In this document: positions 49,732 through 59,339 of the stretch, one piece after another
Position numbering within the stretch: position 1 is the first letter of the stretch
Layout of the letters: each line of letters opens with the position of its first letter
Assembly: GCA_947628815.1 (NCBI GenBank)
Contig: CANRBJ010000003.1
Location: forward strand, 13,772 to 77,771
Direction: 5' to 3'
Length of the DNA stretch: 64,000 bases
Origin: an uncultured Clostridia bacterium
GTDB lineage: Bacteria; Bacillota; Clostridia; TANB77; CAG-508
Position numbers and translations under genes: made by a program
Notes under the pieces: generated by a model
The model's input: only the letters and a program-made list of their open reading frames with translations
Database searches by the model: none
Told to the model about the DNA's origin: nothing

Positions 49732-49812
49732 TTCATTAACAATGGAATTTTAAGTTTTAAAGAGCCATAAAACATAAAAAAAATAGACAAAAAAATCCGT
49801 TTGCTAAAAAAC

Positions 49813-49888
49813 GGTCTGATAGCTCAGTCGGTAGAGCAGGAGACTGAAAATCTCCGTGTCGGTGGTTCGATTCCACCTCAGACCACCA
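49813..49888 (+). tRNA. tRNA-Phe (GAA)
   Basis: GGTCTGA acceptor, anticodon loop CTGAAAA, T-arm GGTGGTTCGATTCCACC, encoded CCA. Confidence 0.93.
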
Positions 49889-49951
49889 AATTAAGTAAAC
49901 GGATTTTTTGTTTCCATTAAAATCTATAAAAAATAAAAATGGAGGAAGAAT

Positions 49952-51556
49952 TTGAAATCAAATATTATTAAATATATATTTTCATTTATTGTAATTGGGC
50001 TAGTAGTTTATTCAATCTATTTATTATACGGAAAAAAAGATGATGTACAAAACGATATAGAAACAGTAGGAAATATAAACCAAGAGCCACAAATAATAAC
50101 AAGTTTAAGATTACCAATAGTAAGTTTTGATACAATGAATCCTATTCTAAGCAAAAATCAAAATATACAAGATATAGCAAGGCTAGTATATGAACCATTA
50201 TTAACTATTGATGAAAACTATAAAATTCAATTATGCCTAGCAAAAGAATGGACGAAAGTGAACGATACTTCATATGTTATAAAATTAAAAGACAATATAA
50301 AATGGCAAGATGGAAATATGCTTACTGCAAAAGATGTACAATTTACAATAGATAGATTAAAAGATGAAAATGTAAGTTCAATTTATGCATATAATGTACA
50401 ATATGTAATAGGTGTAGAAGTAATAGATGATAACACCATAAGAATTAATTTAGCAGGAGAAGTACCATTTTTTGAATATAATTTAACATTTCCTATTATG
50501 TCATATAGATACTATGAAAATGAAGATTTTGTAACAACTACGAAAAACAATCATCCAGTAGGAACAGGAAGATTTAAAGTAACACTAGATAATGAAGATA
50601 TTGTGCTAAAACAAAATCAAAACTGGTGGAACAAAGAAAATGACTTGGCAAAGCTTACAGAAATTCATATAATGAAATATGGCAATATGGGAGAAGTATA
50701 TAATGCATTTAAAATAGGTTCAATAGATTTACTTACAACAGAAAGTTTAGAAATAGAAAATTATATTGGTACAATTGGATATAACGAAAAACAATATAGA
50801 GGAAGAAAGTTAGACTATATTGCTTTTAACTGTAGCAATAGGGAACTAGCAAATAAAGAAGTAAGACAAGCAATATCATATGCAATAGATAAGCAAAATA
50901 TTATATCAGCAATTTATGCTAATAAATACTATATTTCAAATTTTCCATTAAGTGAAGAAAACTATCTTTATAATGCTGAAAAACTAACTAATGAGTACAA
51001 TTTAGAAAAAGCAAAAAGTATTTTAGAAGAAAATGGTTGGCAGTACAAACAAAGAACATGGCAAAAAGTAAAAGACTATAAAACAATGAGGTTGAAATTT
51101 AACTTAGTTGTAAACTCAAGTAATTCAGAAAGAGTAGCAGTTGCTGAAAACATAAAAAATAGTTTAGAAAGCAATTTAGGTATAACAATAACAATAATAA
51201 AAGCAAGTGATGCACAATATAAAAAATACCTAGAAAGCAAAAATTACGATATGATATTAACAGGAGTATATAGTGGTTATAGCCCAGATTTATCAAGTTA
51301 TTTTGGTGAAAATAATTTAGCAAATTATGCAAACGAAAATGTACAAGCATTAATGCAGGAAATAAAAAACATTTCAGATGAAAAAGTATTAAAAGAAAAG
51401 TATAACGCATTAATTGATATATATAAAGACGAAATTCCATATGTGTACTTATATAATAACAGAGAAAGTTTAGTATGTAGCAACAATTTAAGAGGAGATA
51501 TAAAACCAAATAATTATAATTTATTCTATAATATAGGTTCGTGGTTTAGGCAATAA
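49952..51556 (+). CDS. ABC-transporter family 5 substrate-binding protein (peptide/nickel, OppA/DppA-like), membrane-anchored; no permease genes adjacent
   Basis: 534 aa, TTG start after GGAGGAAG. N-terminal TM helix. Family-5 SBP features (LVYEPLLTIDENYK, KWQDG, PVGTGRFK). Confidence 0.75.
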   Translation: MKSNIIKYIFSFIVIGLVVYSIYLLYGKKDDVQNDIETVGNINQEPQIITSLRLPIVSFDTMNPILSKNQNIQDIARLVYEPLLTIDENYKIQLCLAKEWTKVNDTSYVIKLKDNIKWQDGNMLTAKDVQFTIDRLKDENVSSIYAYNVQYVIGVEVIDDNTIRINLAGEVPFFEYNLTFPIMSYRYYENEDFVTTTKNNHPVGTGRFKVTLDNEDIVLKQNQNWWNKENDLAKLTEIHIMKYGNMGEVYNAFKIGSIDLLTTESLEIENYIGTIGYNEKQYRGRKLDYIAFNCSNRELANKEVRQAISYAIDKQNIISAIYANKYYISNFPLSEENYLYNAEKLTNEYNLEKAKSILEENGWQYKQRTWQKVKDYKTMRLKFNLVVNSSNSERVAVAENIKNSLESNLGITITIIKASDAQYKKYLESKNYDMILTGVYSGYSPDLSSYFGENNLANYANENVQALMQEIKNISDEKVLKEKYNALIDIYKDEIPYVYLYNNRESLVCSNNLRGDIKPNNYNLFYNIGSWFRQ

Positions 51557-51631
51557 TAGTAAAATAATTCAAAAAAGTATTGACTTTTTTGGGAAAATGT
51601 GGATATAATATATATACAAATATGAAAACTA

Positions 51632-51658
51632 GAAGAGTGGGAACAAATCCCACTCTTC
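51632..51658 (+). promoter_or_regulatory. perfect 11-bp hairpin in the rimP-nusA-infB leader
   Basis: GAAGAGTGGGA-ACAAA-TCCCACTCTTC, 25 nt upstream of the rimP start. No U-tract. Confidence 0.4.
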
Positions 51659-51683
51659 GGTTGTATATAAGGGAGGTTTTTTC

Positions 51684-52148
51684 TTGGCAAATATTGAACA
51701 AAAAGTGGAAACACTTTTGAAACCTAAAATAGAAGAACTAGGATATAGGTTATATGATGTAGAATATGCAAAAGAGGGAAAAAATTATTTTTTACGAGTT
51801 TTTATAGATAAAAAAGATGGAATTGATATAGACGACTGCGAAAAAGTAAATGATGGAATTATGGATTTGTTAGATGAGGCAGACTATATTAAAGAACAAT
51901 ACTTTTTAGAAGTATCTTCACCAGGTATTGAAAGAGTTCTTAGAAAAGATGAACATTTGCAAGAAAGTATTGGATTAGAAGTAGAAATTAAATTATTTAA
52001 ACCAGAAGATAAGATTAGGCAACTAGAAGGTATTCTTGATGGATTTAATGATGATGAAATTATTCTTTTAATAGATGGCGAAAAAAGAATTGTCCCAAGA
52101 AAAAACATATCTTTAATAAAAACCAAATATAATTGGGATAACGAATAA
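51684..52148 (+). CDS. rimP: ribosome maturation factor RimP
   Basis: 154 aa, TTG start after AAGGGAGG. GYRLYDVEYAKEGKNYFLRVFIDK and LEVSSPGIERVL. Confidence 0.9.
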   Translation: MANIEQKVETLLKPKIEELGYRLYDVEYAKEGKNYFLRVFIDKKDGIDIDDCEKVNDGIMDLLDEADYIKEQYFLEVSSPGIERVLRKDEHLQESIGLEVEIKLFKPEDKIRQLEGILDGFNDDEIILLIDGEKRIVPRKNISLIKTKYNWDNE

Positions 52149-52183
52149 ATGAATAAATAAAGAATAAGGGAGGAAATTGGAAA

Positions 52184-53269
52184 ATGAAAGCAATAGACAA
52201 TAAAGAATTAGTTTTAGCATTAGAAGAATTAGAAAACGAAAAAGGAATAAAAAAAGAATATGTAATGGAGGCAATTGAAACAGCACTTGTTACAGCATAT
52301 AAAAGAAATTTTGATGCAGCAGAAAATGTAAAAGTAGTTATGGATAACCAAACAGGAGCAGCACATCTTTATGCTGTAAAAGAAGTAGTAGAAGCAGTAG
52401 AAGATTCAAAATTACAAATTAGCGTAACTGATGCAAAAAATATTAGTAAGAAATTAGAAATTGGTGATAATGTAGATATTGAAATGATACCAAAGGATTT
52501 TGGTAGAATTGCAGCACAAACAGCAAAACAAGTAATTATACAAAAATTAAGAGAAGCGGAAAGAGAAATTGTTTATACAGAATTTAATGATAGAAAAGGT
52601 GAAATTGTTTCAGGGCTTGTTCAAAAAGCAGATACAAACATAGTAGTAATGGATTTAGGAAAACTTGAAGGAGTTATGCCATTAAAAGAACAAATACCTA
52701 CAGAAAAATATAGAGTAAATGATAAAGTAAGAGGATATGTACTAGATGTTGTAAAAGGCCTTAAGGGAACACCACAAGTAATTGTATCTAGAGCATGCCC
52801 AGATTTTGTAAGAAAACTATTTGAATTTGAAATACCAGAAATTTATGAAGGATTAATTGAAATAAAGAGCGTATCACGCGACCCAGGGTATAGAAGTAAA
52901 GTAGCAGTATATTCTAACAACGAAAACATTGATCCAGTAGGCTCATGTGTTGGTCAAAAGGGTTTTAGAATTCAAAATATTATTAATGAATTAAATGGAG
53001 AAAAAATAGATGTTATAGAATGGAATAGTGATCCATCAATCTACATTGCATCAGCATTACTTCCAGCACAAGTTTTAGCAGTAGATGTAAAAGAAGAAGA
53101 AAAATTTGCACAAGTTATTGTACCAGATGATCAATTATCACTTGCAATTGGAAAATCTGGTCAAAACGCAAGGCTTGCAGCAAAACTAACAAACTGGAAA
53201 ATAGATATTAAGAGTGAATCTCAATTTAGAGAAATGATAGCAAATATGAATCAAGAAGAAGAACAGTAA
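52184..53269 (+). CDS. nusA: transcription termination/antitermination factor NusA
   Basis: 361 aa. N-terminal domain, S1 (GEIVSGLVQK), two KH domains (GSCVGQKGFRIQNI, LSLAIGKSGQNARLAAKLT). Confidence 0.96.
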   Translation: MKAIDNKELVLALEELENEKGIKKEYVMEAIETALVTAYKRNFDAAENVKVVMDNQTGAAHLYAVKEVVEAVEDSKLQISVTDAKNISKKLEIGDNVDIEMIPKDFGRIAAQTAKQVIIQKLREAEREIVYTEFNDRKGEIVSGLVQKADTNIVVMDLGKLEGVMPLKEQIPTEKYRVNDKVRGYVLDVVKGLKGTPQVIVSRACPDFVRKLFEFEIPEIYEGLIEIKSVSRDPGYRSKVAVYSNNENIDPVGSCVGQKGFRIQNIINELNGEKIDVIEWNSDPSIYIASALLPAQVLAVDVKEEEKFAQVIVPDDQLSLAIGKSGQNARLAAKLTNWKIDIKSESQFREMIANMNQEEEQ

Positions 53270-53287
53270 AAATGGAGGCGAATCGAT

Positions 53288-53549
53288 GTGAAAAAGATAC
53301 CACAAAGAACTTGCATGGGATGTAATGTAAAAAAAGATAAAAGAGATTTCATTCGAATTGTAAAAAATAAAGATGGCGAAATTCATATTGATAAAACAGG
53401 AAAAATGCGGAGGTAGAGGAGCGTATTTATGTAATAATGTAGAATGTCTTGAAAAAGCAATAAAAACGAAAAGAATTGAAAAAATATTTGAACAAAAAAT
53501 AGATGATGAGATTTATGAAAATTTAAGAGGTGTAATGGTTGGAAAGTAA
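53288..53549 (+). CDS. ylxR: YlxR/RnpM (DUF448) RNA-binding protein; +1 frame change at in-frame CGG (53408..53410)
   Basis: GTG 53288: MKKIPQRTCMGCNVKKDKRDFIRIVKNKDGEIHIDKTGKM-CGG; +1 gives GGRGAYLCNNVECLEKAIKTKRIEKIF...VGK*. Both halves are under 60 aa, so absent from the ORF track. Canonical nusA-ylxR-ylxQ-infB order. Confidence 0.8.
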
Positions 53550-53862
53550 TAAAAGAGTTTTAGGACTTTTAGGACTGTGTACAAAAGCAGGCGGAATTTG
53601 TTTTGGAACAGATGCATGTATCGATTTTATAACAAGCAAAAAGGTTAAGTTATTAATTGTTGCACAAGATGCTTCTGAAAGAACCAAAAGAAATATGGAA
53701 AGAATATGTAATGAAAATGAAACTAAAATATATTTCTATTCAAATATAGATGATTTAAGCCATGCAATAGGAAAAAACAATAAAGCAGTAATTGGGATTA
53801 AAAATAAGAACTTTGCAGAGCAAATAGAGAAAATAATTAATGGGGGTGAAATTATTGGCTAA
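53539..53862 (+). CDS. ylxQ: L7Ae-family ribosome-associated protein YlxQ
   Basis: 107 aa, TTG start. [14 protein letters not shown]...LLIVAQDAS pattern and position. Confidence 0.78.
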   Translation: MESNKRVLGLLGLCTKAGGICFGTDACIDFITSKKVKLLIVAQDASERTKRNMERICNENETKIYFYSNIDDLSHAIGKNNKAVIGIKNKNFAEQIEKIINGGEIIG

Positions 53863-56800
53863 GATAAAAATACACGAAATTGCAAAAAAATTAGACTTAA
53901 CCAGTAAAGATATTATTGAAAGAGCAACTAAATTAGGAATTGATGTGAAAAATCATTTAAGTTCAGTTGAAGAAGATATTGCTAAAAAAATTGAAGAAAG
54001 CTTTGGTAAAAAAATAAACCAAACAAGAAAAAGGGAAGAAGTAATGGGAGAAAAGAAATCAAAAAAAGAAAATAAGGAGACACCTGTTATAATAAGAAGA
54101 GAGGTTATTATATCAGAAGAGGAAATGGCAAAAAGAGAAGAAGAAGAAAAAAAGAAAAAAATAGAAGAACACAATAAACAAGTCGGATTTGTAGAAAGAA
54201 GTACAAATAAGGATTTTAATATTGTGTATAGAAACAAACCAACCAAACCATTAACAGTTAGTGAATTGTTCGGTTTAAAAAAGAACAAAAAAGAAGAAAA
54301 TGAAGATGAAAAAAAAGTTGTTGAAAATGAACCAATAGCTACAACACAAACAGAAGAAAAAAGTGTTGCTACTATAGAAAAGCAAGAACAAGAAGTAGAG
54401 GAAAAACATGAACAAGAGCAAACCGAAACAATAAAAGAAGAAGTTATTAAAAAAGAAGTTGTAAAAGAGCAAGAAAAAACTAATAATCAAAATAATGGAT
54501 ATAGAAACAATAATCAAGCAAAGAACTTAAATAAGAACCAAAACGGATATAATCAAAATAGAAATAATAATGGATTTAGAAATAATAATCAAAATAATGG
54601 TTACAATAACCAAGGAAGAAATAACGGATACAATAATCAAACAAATGGATATCACCAGAATAGAAATAATAACGGTGGTTTTAGAAATAACAACCAAAAT
54701 GGATATAATAATCAAGGAAGAAATTTTGGAAATAATCAAAATAGAAATGGTTACAAAAATAATGATGGGTTTAATAAAAGACCTCTTGATGAAAAGGGAA
54801 TCGAAAAGAATATTAAAAACATTATGACAGATGTTGTAGAAAAAGAAGTTGTAAGAGAATATAATAAATCCATAGATAAGCAAAAACAAAATCGTTTTGA
54901 AGAAAATAAAGGAAAGAAAAACAATAAACAAAAAAGAAATGAAAGTTTTGATGAAGATAAATTAAAGAGCCTAAAACAAAGGGATAGACTTTCAAATATG
55001 TTTGACGAGCAAGATGGTGGAATGTTAGATTTTTACGATTTAACAACACAACGTGGAAAGAAAAACAAAAAAAGAGTAAATAAACAAGAAGACAGAGTAA
55101 AACAAAAAATATTTGAACTAACTGAAATTACAATACCAGATCCAATTACTGTAAAAGACTTTGCACAAGAAATAAAAAAGACAACAGCTGAAGTAATAAA
55201 AAAATTATTAGGATTTGGGGTACTTGCAACAATTAATAATGAAATTGATTTTGATACAGCATTTTTAATTGCGGGGGAATTTGGAATAACAGCTAAAAAG
55301 AAAGAAACTGTAACAGAAGAAGATATACTTTTTGATGAAACAGAAGACAAAGAATCTGAATTACAACCAAGACCACCAGTAGTTGTTGTTATGGGTCATG
55401 TAGACCATGGAAAAACATCATTACTTGATGCAGTAAGACAAACCAATGTTATTGAAGGCGAAGCAGGTGGAATTACACAACATATTGGTGCATATAAAGT
55501 AAAAATAAATGATAGAGAAATTACTTTCTTAGATACACCAGGGCATGAAGCATTTACAAATATGAGAGCAAGAGGAGCGCAAGTTACAGATATTGCAATA
55601 TTAGTAGTTGCAGCAAATGATGGAGTAATGCCTCAAACAATTGAAGCAATAAATCACGCAAAAGCTGCAGAAATTCCAATTATTGTTGCACTAAATAAAA
55701 TAGATGTAGAAGGAGCAAATCCTGAAAAAGTAAAACAAGAATTAATGAAATATGAATTAGTACCAGAAGAATGGGGTGGAGATACTATATTTGTTGAAAT
55801 ATCAGCAAAGAAGAGAATTAATATAGATACTCTACTTGAAATGGTTTTACTTGTTGCAGATATGAAAGAATTAAAAGCAAACCCAAATAAACAATCAAAA
55901 GGAACAGTTCTTGAAGCAAAACTTGATAAAGCAAGAGGACCAGTTGTTAGTATGCTTGTACAACGTGGAACTCTAGATGTTGGAGATACAATTGTAGTAG
56001 GTCAGGCTATTGGTAGAATTCGTGCTATGACAGATGATAAAGGAAAGAAAGTAAAAAAAGCAGGTCCATCTACTCCAGTTGAAATTACAGGTTTAACAGA
56101 AGTTCCAGAAGCGGGAGATACTTTCTATGAAGTAAAAGACGAAAAAACAGCAAAACACTTAATTGAAAGAAGAAAAAGAGCTCAAAGAGAAAAATCTATT
56201 AATGCAGTTTCAAGAGTTACTCTAACAGACTTATTTAACCAGATAGAAAAAGGAACTTTAAAGAGACTAAACCTAATTATAAAAGCAGATGTTCAAGGCT
56301 CTGTTGAAGCAGTAACACAAAGCTTAGAGAAATTAACTAACGAAGAAGTAGAAGTAAAAGTAATACACGCAAATGTTGGTGGAGTTACAGAATCTGATGT
56401 TACTCTTGCAAAAGTATCAAATGCAATAATTATAGCTTTCAATGTAAGACCAGACCCAATTGCAAAAGATGTTGCAAAGAAGGAAGAAGTAGAAATTAAG
56501 CAATATTCTGTTATTTACCAAGCAATTGAAGATGTAGAAGCGGCTATGAAAGGAATGCTAGATCCTGTTTATGAAGAAAAAGTAATAGGAACAGCTGAAA
56601 TTAGACAAACATTCAAAGTAAGCTCAGTAGGAACAATAGCAGGATGCTATGTTACAGACGGAAAAGTAGCAAGAAATGCGGGAATAAGGGTTATACGAGA
56701 TAATGTTGTTATTCACGATGGAAAACTAATATCATTAAAAAGATTTAAAGATGACGCAAAAGAAGTTACTAAAGGATTTGAATGTGGTCTACAAATAGAG

Positions 56801-56866
56801 GACTATAACGACATTCAAGAAGGAGATACTTTAGAAGTGTATGTAATGGAGGAAGTAAAAAAATAA
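53855..56866 (+). CDS. infB: translation initiation factor IF-2
   Basis: ORF track 53840..56866. TTG 53855 preferred (GGGGGTGA 5 nt upstream; [13 protein letters not shown] matches IF2 N-termini). G domain [18 protein letters not shown]. Asn/Gly-rich low-complexity insert. Confidence 0.95.
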   Translation: MAKIKIHEIAKKLDLTSKDIIERATKLGIDVKNHLSSVEEDIAKKIEESFGKKINQTRKREEVMGEKKSKKENKETPVIIRREVIISEEEMAKREEEEKKKKIEEHNKQVGFVERSTNKDFNIVYRNKPTKPLTVSELFGLKKNKKEENEDEKKVVENEPIATTQTEEKSVATIEKQEQEVEEKHEQEQTETIKEEVIKKEVVKEQEKTNNQNNGYRNNNQAKNLNKNQNGYNQNRNNNGFRNNNQNNGYNNQGRNNGYNNQTNGYHQNRNNNGGFRNNNQNGYNNQGRNFGNNQNRNGYKNNDGFNKRPLDEKGIEKNIKNIMTDVVEKEVVREYNKSIDKQKQNRFEENKGKKNNKQKRNESFDEDKLKSLKQRDRLSNMFDEQDGGMLDFYDLTTQRGKKNKKRVNKQEDRVKQKIFELTEITIPDPITVKDFAQEIKKTTAEVIKKLLGFGVLATINNEIDFDTAFLIAGEFGITAKKKETVTEEDILFDETEDKESELQPRPPVVVVMGHVDHGKTSLLDAVRQTNVIEGEAGGITQHIGAYKVKINDREITFLDTPGHEAFTNMRARGAQVTDIAILVVAANDGVMPQTIEAINHAKAAEIPIIVALNKIDVEGANPEKVKQELMKYELVPEEWGGDTIFVEISAKKRINIDTLLEMVLLVADMKELKANPNKQSKGTVLEAKLDKARGPVVSMLVQRGTLDVGDTIVVGQAIGRIRAMTDDKGKKVKKAGPSTPVEITGLTEVPEAGDTFYEVKDEKTAKHLIERRKRAQREKSINAVSRVTLTDLFNQIEKGTLKRLNLIIKADVQGSVEAVTQSLEKLTNEEVEVKVIHANVGGVTESDVTLAKVSNAIIIAFNVRPDPIAKDVAKKEEVEIKQYSVIYQAIEDVEAAMKGMLDPVYEEKVIGTAEIRQTFKVSSVGTIAGCYVTDGKVARNAGIRVIRDNVVIHDGKLISLKRFKDDAKEVTKGFECGLQIEDYNDIQEGDTLEVYVMEEVKK

Positions 56867-56888
56867 TCAAAAAGGAGGCAAGAAATAG

Positions 56889-57269
56889 ATGCCTAAAAAC
56901 AATACAAGGTTTGAGAGAATTAATGAGGAATTAAAAAAAGAAATTAGTCATATAATTAGTTATGAGCTAAACAATCCAAATGTTACAGGATTAATAAGTG
57001 TAACAAAAGCTAAAATTACACCAGATTTAAAATATGCTAAAATATATGTAAGTATTTTAAATGCAAAAAATACAAAAGAAACATTAGCTGGATTAAAAAA
57101 ATCATCAGGCTATATTCGTACAGAAGTAGCTAAAAGAATCAATTTAAGAATTACGCCAGAATTAATATTTGAACTTGATGATTCAATGGAATACGGAGCA
57201 AAAATTGATTCAATTTTAAAAGATATTATGAAAGATATCAAACCAGAAGAAAATAAAGGAGAAGAATAA
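56889..57269 (+). CDS. rbfA: ribosome-binding factor A
   Basis: 126 aa. RINEELKKEISHII..., VTKAKITPDLKYAKIYVS, TPELIFELD. Confidence 0.92.
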   Translation: MPKNNTRFERINEELKKEISHIISYELNNPNVTGLISVTKAKITPDLKYAKIYVSILNAKNTKETLAGLKKSSGYIRTEVAKRINLRITPELIFELDDSMEYGAKIDSILKDIMKDIKPEENKGEE

Positions 57270-58219
57270 TGACTCTAGATAATATAAAAGAAGAAATAGA
57301 AAAAGCTGGAAAAATAGTAATATTAACGCATGAATCGCCAGATGGAGATGCTGTAGGAAGTTCGCTTGCTATGTACAATTCGTTAAAGCAATTAAATAAA
57401 GATGTAGATTTAATAATACCAGAATATCCAGAAACTTTTAGTTTCTTAGCAGGTGCTGAAAAAATAAAAAAAGATTCTGAAATTACAAATTATGATTTAG
57501 CAATAGCATTAGATGCAGCAGATATTAAAAGATTAAATGGATTTGCAAAATTTTTTGAAGACGCAAAAGTAACAATAAACATAGACCATCATGGAAGTAA
57601 CAAAATGTTTGCAGATTACAATTTTGTAAATCCAGATGCGCCAGCATGTTGTCAGATTTTAATTATGGTATTACAGTATTTAGGTGTTGATATAACAAAA
57701 GAAATAGGAACATGTTTAATTGCAGGAATTATTACAGATACAGGAGGTTTCAAATTTACAGGTACTTCAAAAGAAACATTTGAATTTACATCATGGCTAT
57801 TAAGTATAGGAGTAAATGTTTCAGATGTATATAGAAAGGTTTTAGAAATAAGAACAAAAGAGAATTTTGCCCTTATGAGGATTGCTATTGACAGGCTAGA
57901 ATTATTAGAAGATGGAAAAATAGCGTTTACATATATAACAAAAGAAGATGAAGAAAAGGTACAAGCCAAAAATGGAGACCACGATGGGTTAGTGGATATA
58001 GGAAGAACTATTGAAGGTGTAGAAGTTTCTATACTATTAAGGGAAGCAGATGGTTTCTTTAAAGGTTCTTTACGTTCAAATGAGTATGTGAATGTATCTG
58101 ATGTTTGTATGATGTTTGGTGGTGGAGGTCATATTCATGCAGCAGGGTGTTCAATCCATCTACCACTTGAAGAAGCAAAGGAAAGATTAATACAAGAAGT
58201 GAAGAATTATTTGAGGTAA
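57269..58219 (+). CDS. nrnA: DHH/DHHA1 phosphoesterase (NrnA-like oligoribonuclease / pAp phosphatase)
   Basis: 316 aa. HESPDGDAVGS, NIDHHGSN, GIITDTGGF, GGGGHIHAAG. Confidence 0.85.
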   Translation: MTLDNIKEEIEKAGKIVILTHESPDGDAVGSSLAMYNSLKQLNKDVDLIIPEYPETFSFLAGAEKIKKDSEITNYDLAIALDAADIKRLNGFAKFFEDAKVTINIDHHGSNKMFADYNFVNPDAPACCQILIMVLQYLGVDITKEIGTCLIAGIITDTGGFKFTGTSKETFEFTSWLLSIGVNVSDVYRKVLEIRTKENFALMRIAIDRLELLEDGKIAFTYITKEDEEKVQAKNGDHDGLVDIGRTIEGVEVSILLREADGFFKGSLRSNEYVNVSDVCMMFGGGGHIHAAGCSIHLPLEEAKERLIQEVKNYLR

Positions 58220-58230
58220 GAGTAACAAAT

Positions 58231-59106
58231 ATGGATGGGATTATATTAATTAATAAACAAAAGGGCTACACATCGCATGATGTAGTAGCCATTGTTAAAA
58301 GAATTTTTAATGAAAAAGTTGGTCATACCGGTACATTAGACCCGATTGCTACAGGGGTTTTACCATTGTTAATTGGAAAAGGTACGAAATTATCTAAGTA
58401 TTTAGTAGAGCATGATAAGATATATATGTCAACATTAAAATTGGGAATAAAAACAGATACTGCTGATATAACGGGCAATGTTATTTGCGAAAAAGAAGTA
58501 AATAATAATATTTCAGAGGAAAATATAAAGAATGCTTTAGATAGTTTAAAAGGAGAACAATATCAAACTCCACCAATGTATTCAGCAATAAAAGTAAATG
58601 GAAAAAAATTATATGAATATGCAAGAAGCGGAAAAACAATACAAATAAAACCAAGAAAAATAGAGATATATAACATATACTTAAATAATTTCGATAAAGA
58701 AAATAATGAAATCATATTCACAGTAGAATGCTCAAAAGGAACATACATAAGAACACTATGCGAAAAAATAGCAGAAAGCTTAAACGAAATAGGCTGTATG
58801 AAAGAACTACAACGTATTCAAGTTGGCAAGTTTAATATAAAAGATGCAATTACTATAGAAGACCTAAAACAAAATAAAGATAACAAAGAATTCTTAAATG
58901 AGCATATAGAAACAATCGAAAATGTATTAGAAGACAAGCAATATATAACAATTGAAAATAAAAATATGGAACAATTTTTAAATGGAGTAAAACTAAAAAA
59001 GGATTTACCTAATGGAATATACAAAATAAGAAACGAAGAAAATATATTCATAGGAACAGGAGAAATAAAAGATTCATTCCTAAAAAGAGATATAATAACT
59101 ATTTAG
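58231..59106 (+). CDS. truB: tRNA pseudouridine(55) synthase TruB
   Basis: 291 aa. KVGHTGTLDPIATGVLPLLIG and YQTPPMYSAIKVNGKKLYEYAR. Confidence 0.95.
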   Translation: MDGIILINKQKGYTSHDVVAIVKRIFNEKVGHTGTLDPIATGVLPLLIGKGTKLSKYLVEHDKIYMSTLKLGIKTDTADITGNVICEKEVNNNISEENIKNALDSLKGEQYQTPPMYSAIKVNGKKLYEYARSGKTIQIKPRKIEIYNIYLNNFDKENNEIIFTVECSKGTYIRTLCEKIAESLNEIGCMKELQRIQVGKFNIKDAITIEDLKQNKDNKEFLNEHIETIENVLEDKQYITIENKNMEQFLNGVKLKKDLPNGIYKIRNEENIFIGTGEIKDSFLKRDIITI

Positions 59107-59143
59107 GACCAAGGCGAACTTTTTTATCCTGGTCCTAAAGGTT

Positions 59144-59323
59144 CTATTTCGATAAATCAATACGCAAATTAACTAAAATATTTGGAACAATTAAGCATAT
59201 TGTAGCAATAACAATTATAGAAACACCAGATATTCTATTGTTATTTTGTTTAAATTCATATATACCATAATAAAGCGTTTTTAAAAATACAAACAAACTT
59301 AAAATAGCAACTAAAATTTTCAT
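59144..59323 (-). CDS. small two-TM membrane protein, fourth gene of the Ger receptor operon (possible D-subunit-like)
   Basis: 59 aa (under the ORF-track cut-off): MKILVAILSLFVFLKTLYYGIYEFKQNNNRISGVSIIVIATICLIVPNILVNLRIDLSK. AGGAGG RBS, 16 nt after the GerC-type stop. Confidence 0.5.
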   Translation of the reverse strand: MKILVAILSLFVFLKTLYYGIYEFKQNNNRISGVSIIVIATICLIVPNILVNLRIDLSK

Positions 59324-59339
59324 TATATCCTCCTAAAAT

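Noticed and set aside
49693-49812. Group I intron-interrupted tRNA-Leu(UAA), as in cyanobacteria, to explain the half tRNA with a UAA anticodon loop
   Set aside because: Only ~80 nt follow before tRNA-Phe. There is no 3' exon (no T-arm or acceptor 3' strand), no intron-like structure, and the body is not a type II (long variable arm) Leu tRNA.
53953-55350. Series of antisense and alternative-frame ORFs (53953..54288, 54275..54517, 54527..54931, 54570..54827, 54822..55049, 55033..55350) inside infB
   Set aside because: Products of the Lys/Glu- and Asn-rich low-complexity coding region of IF-2. Their compositions (poly-Phe/Ile/Leu) are mirror images of it.
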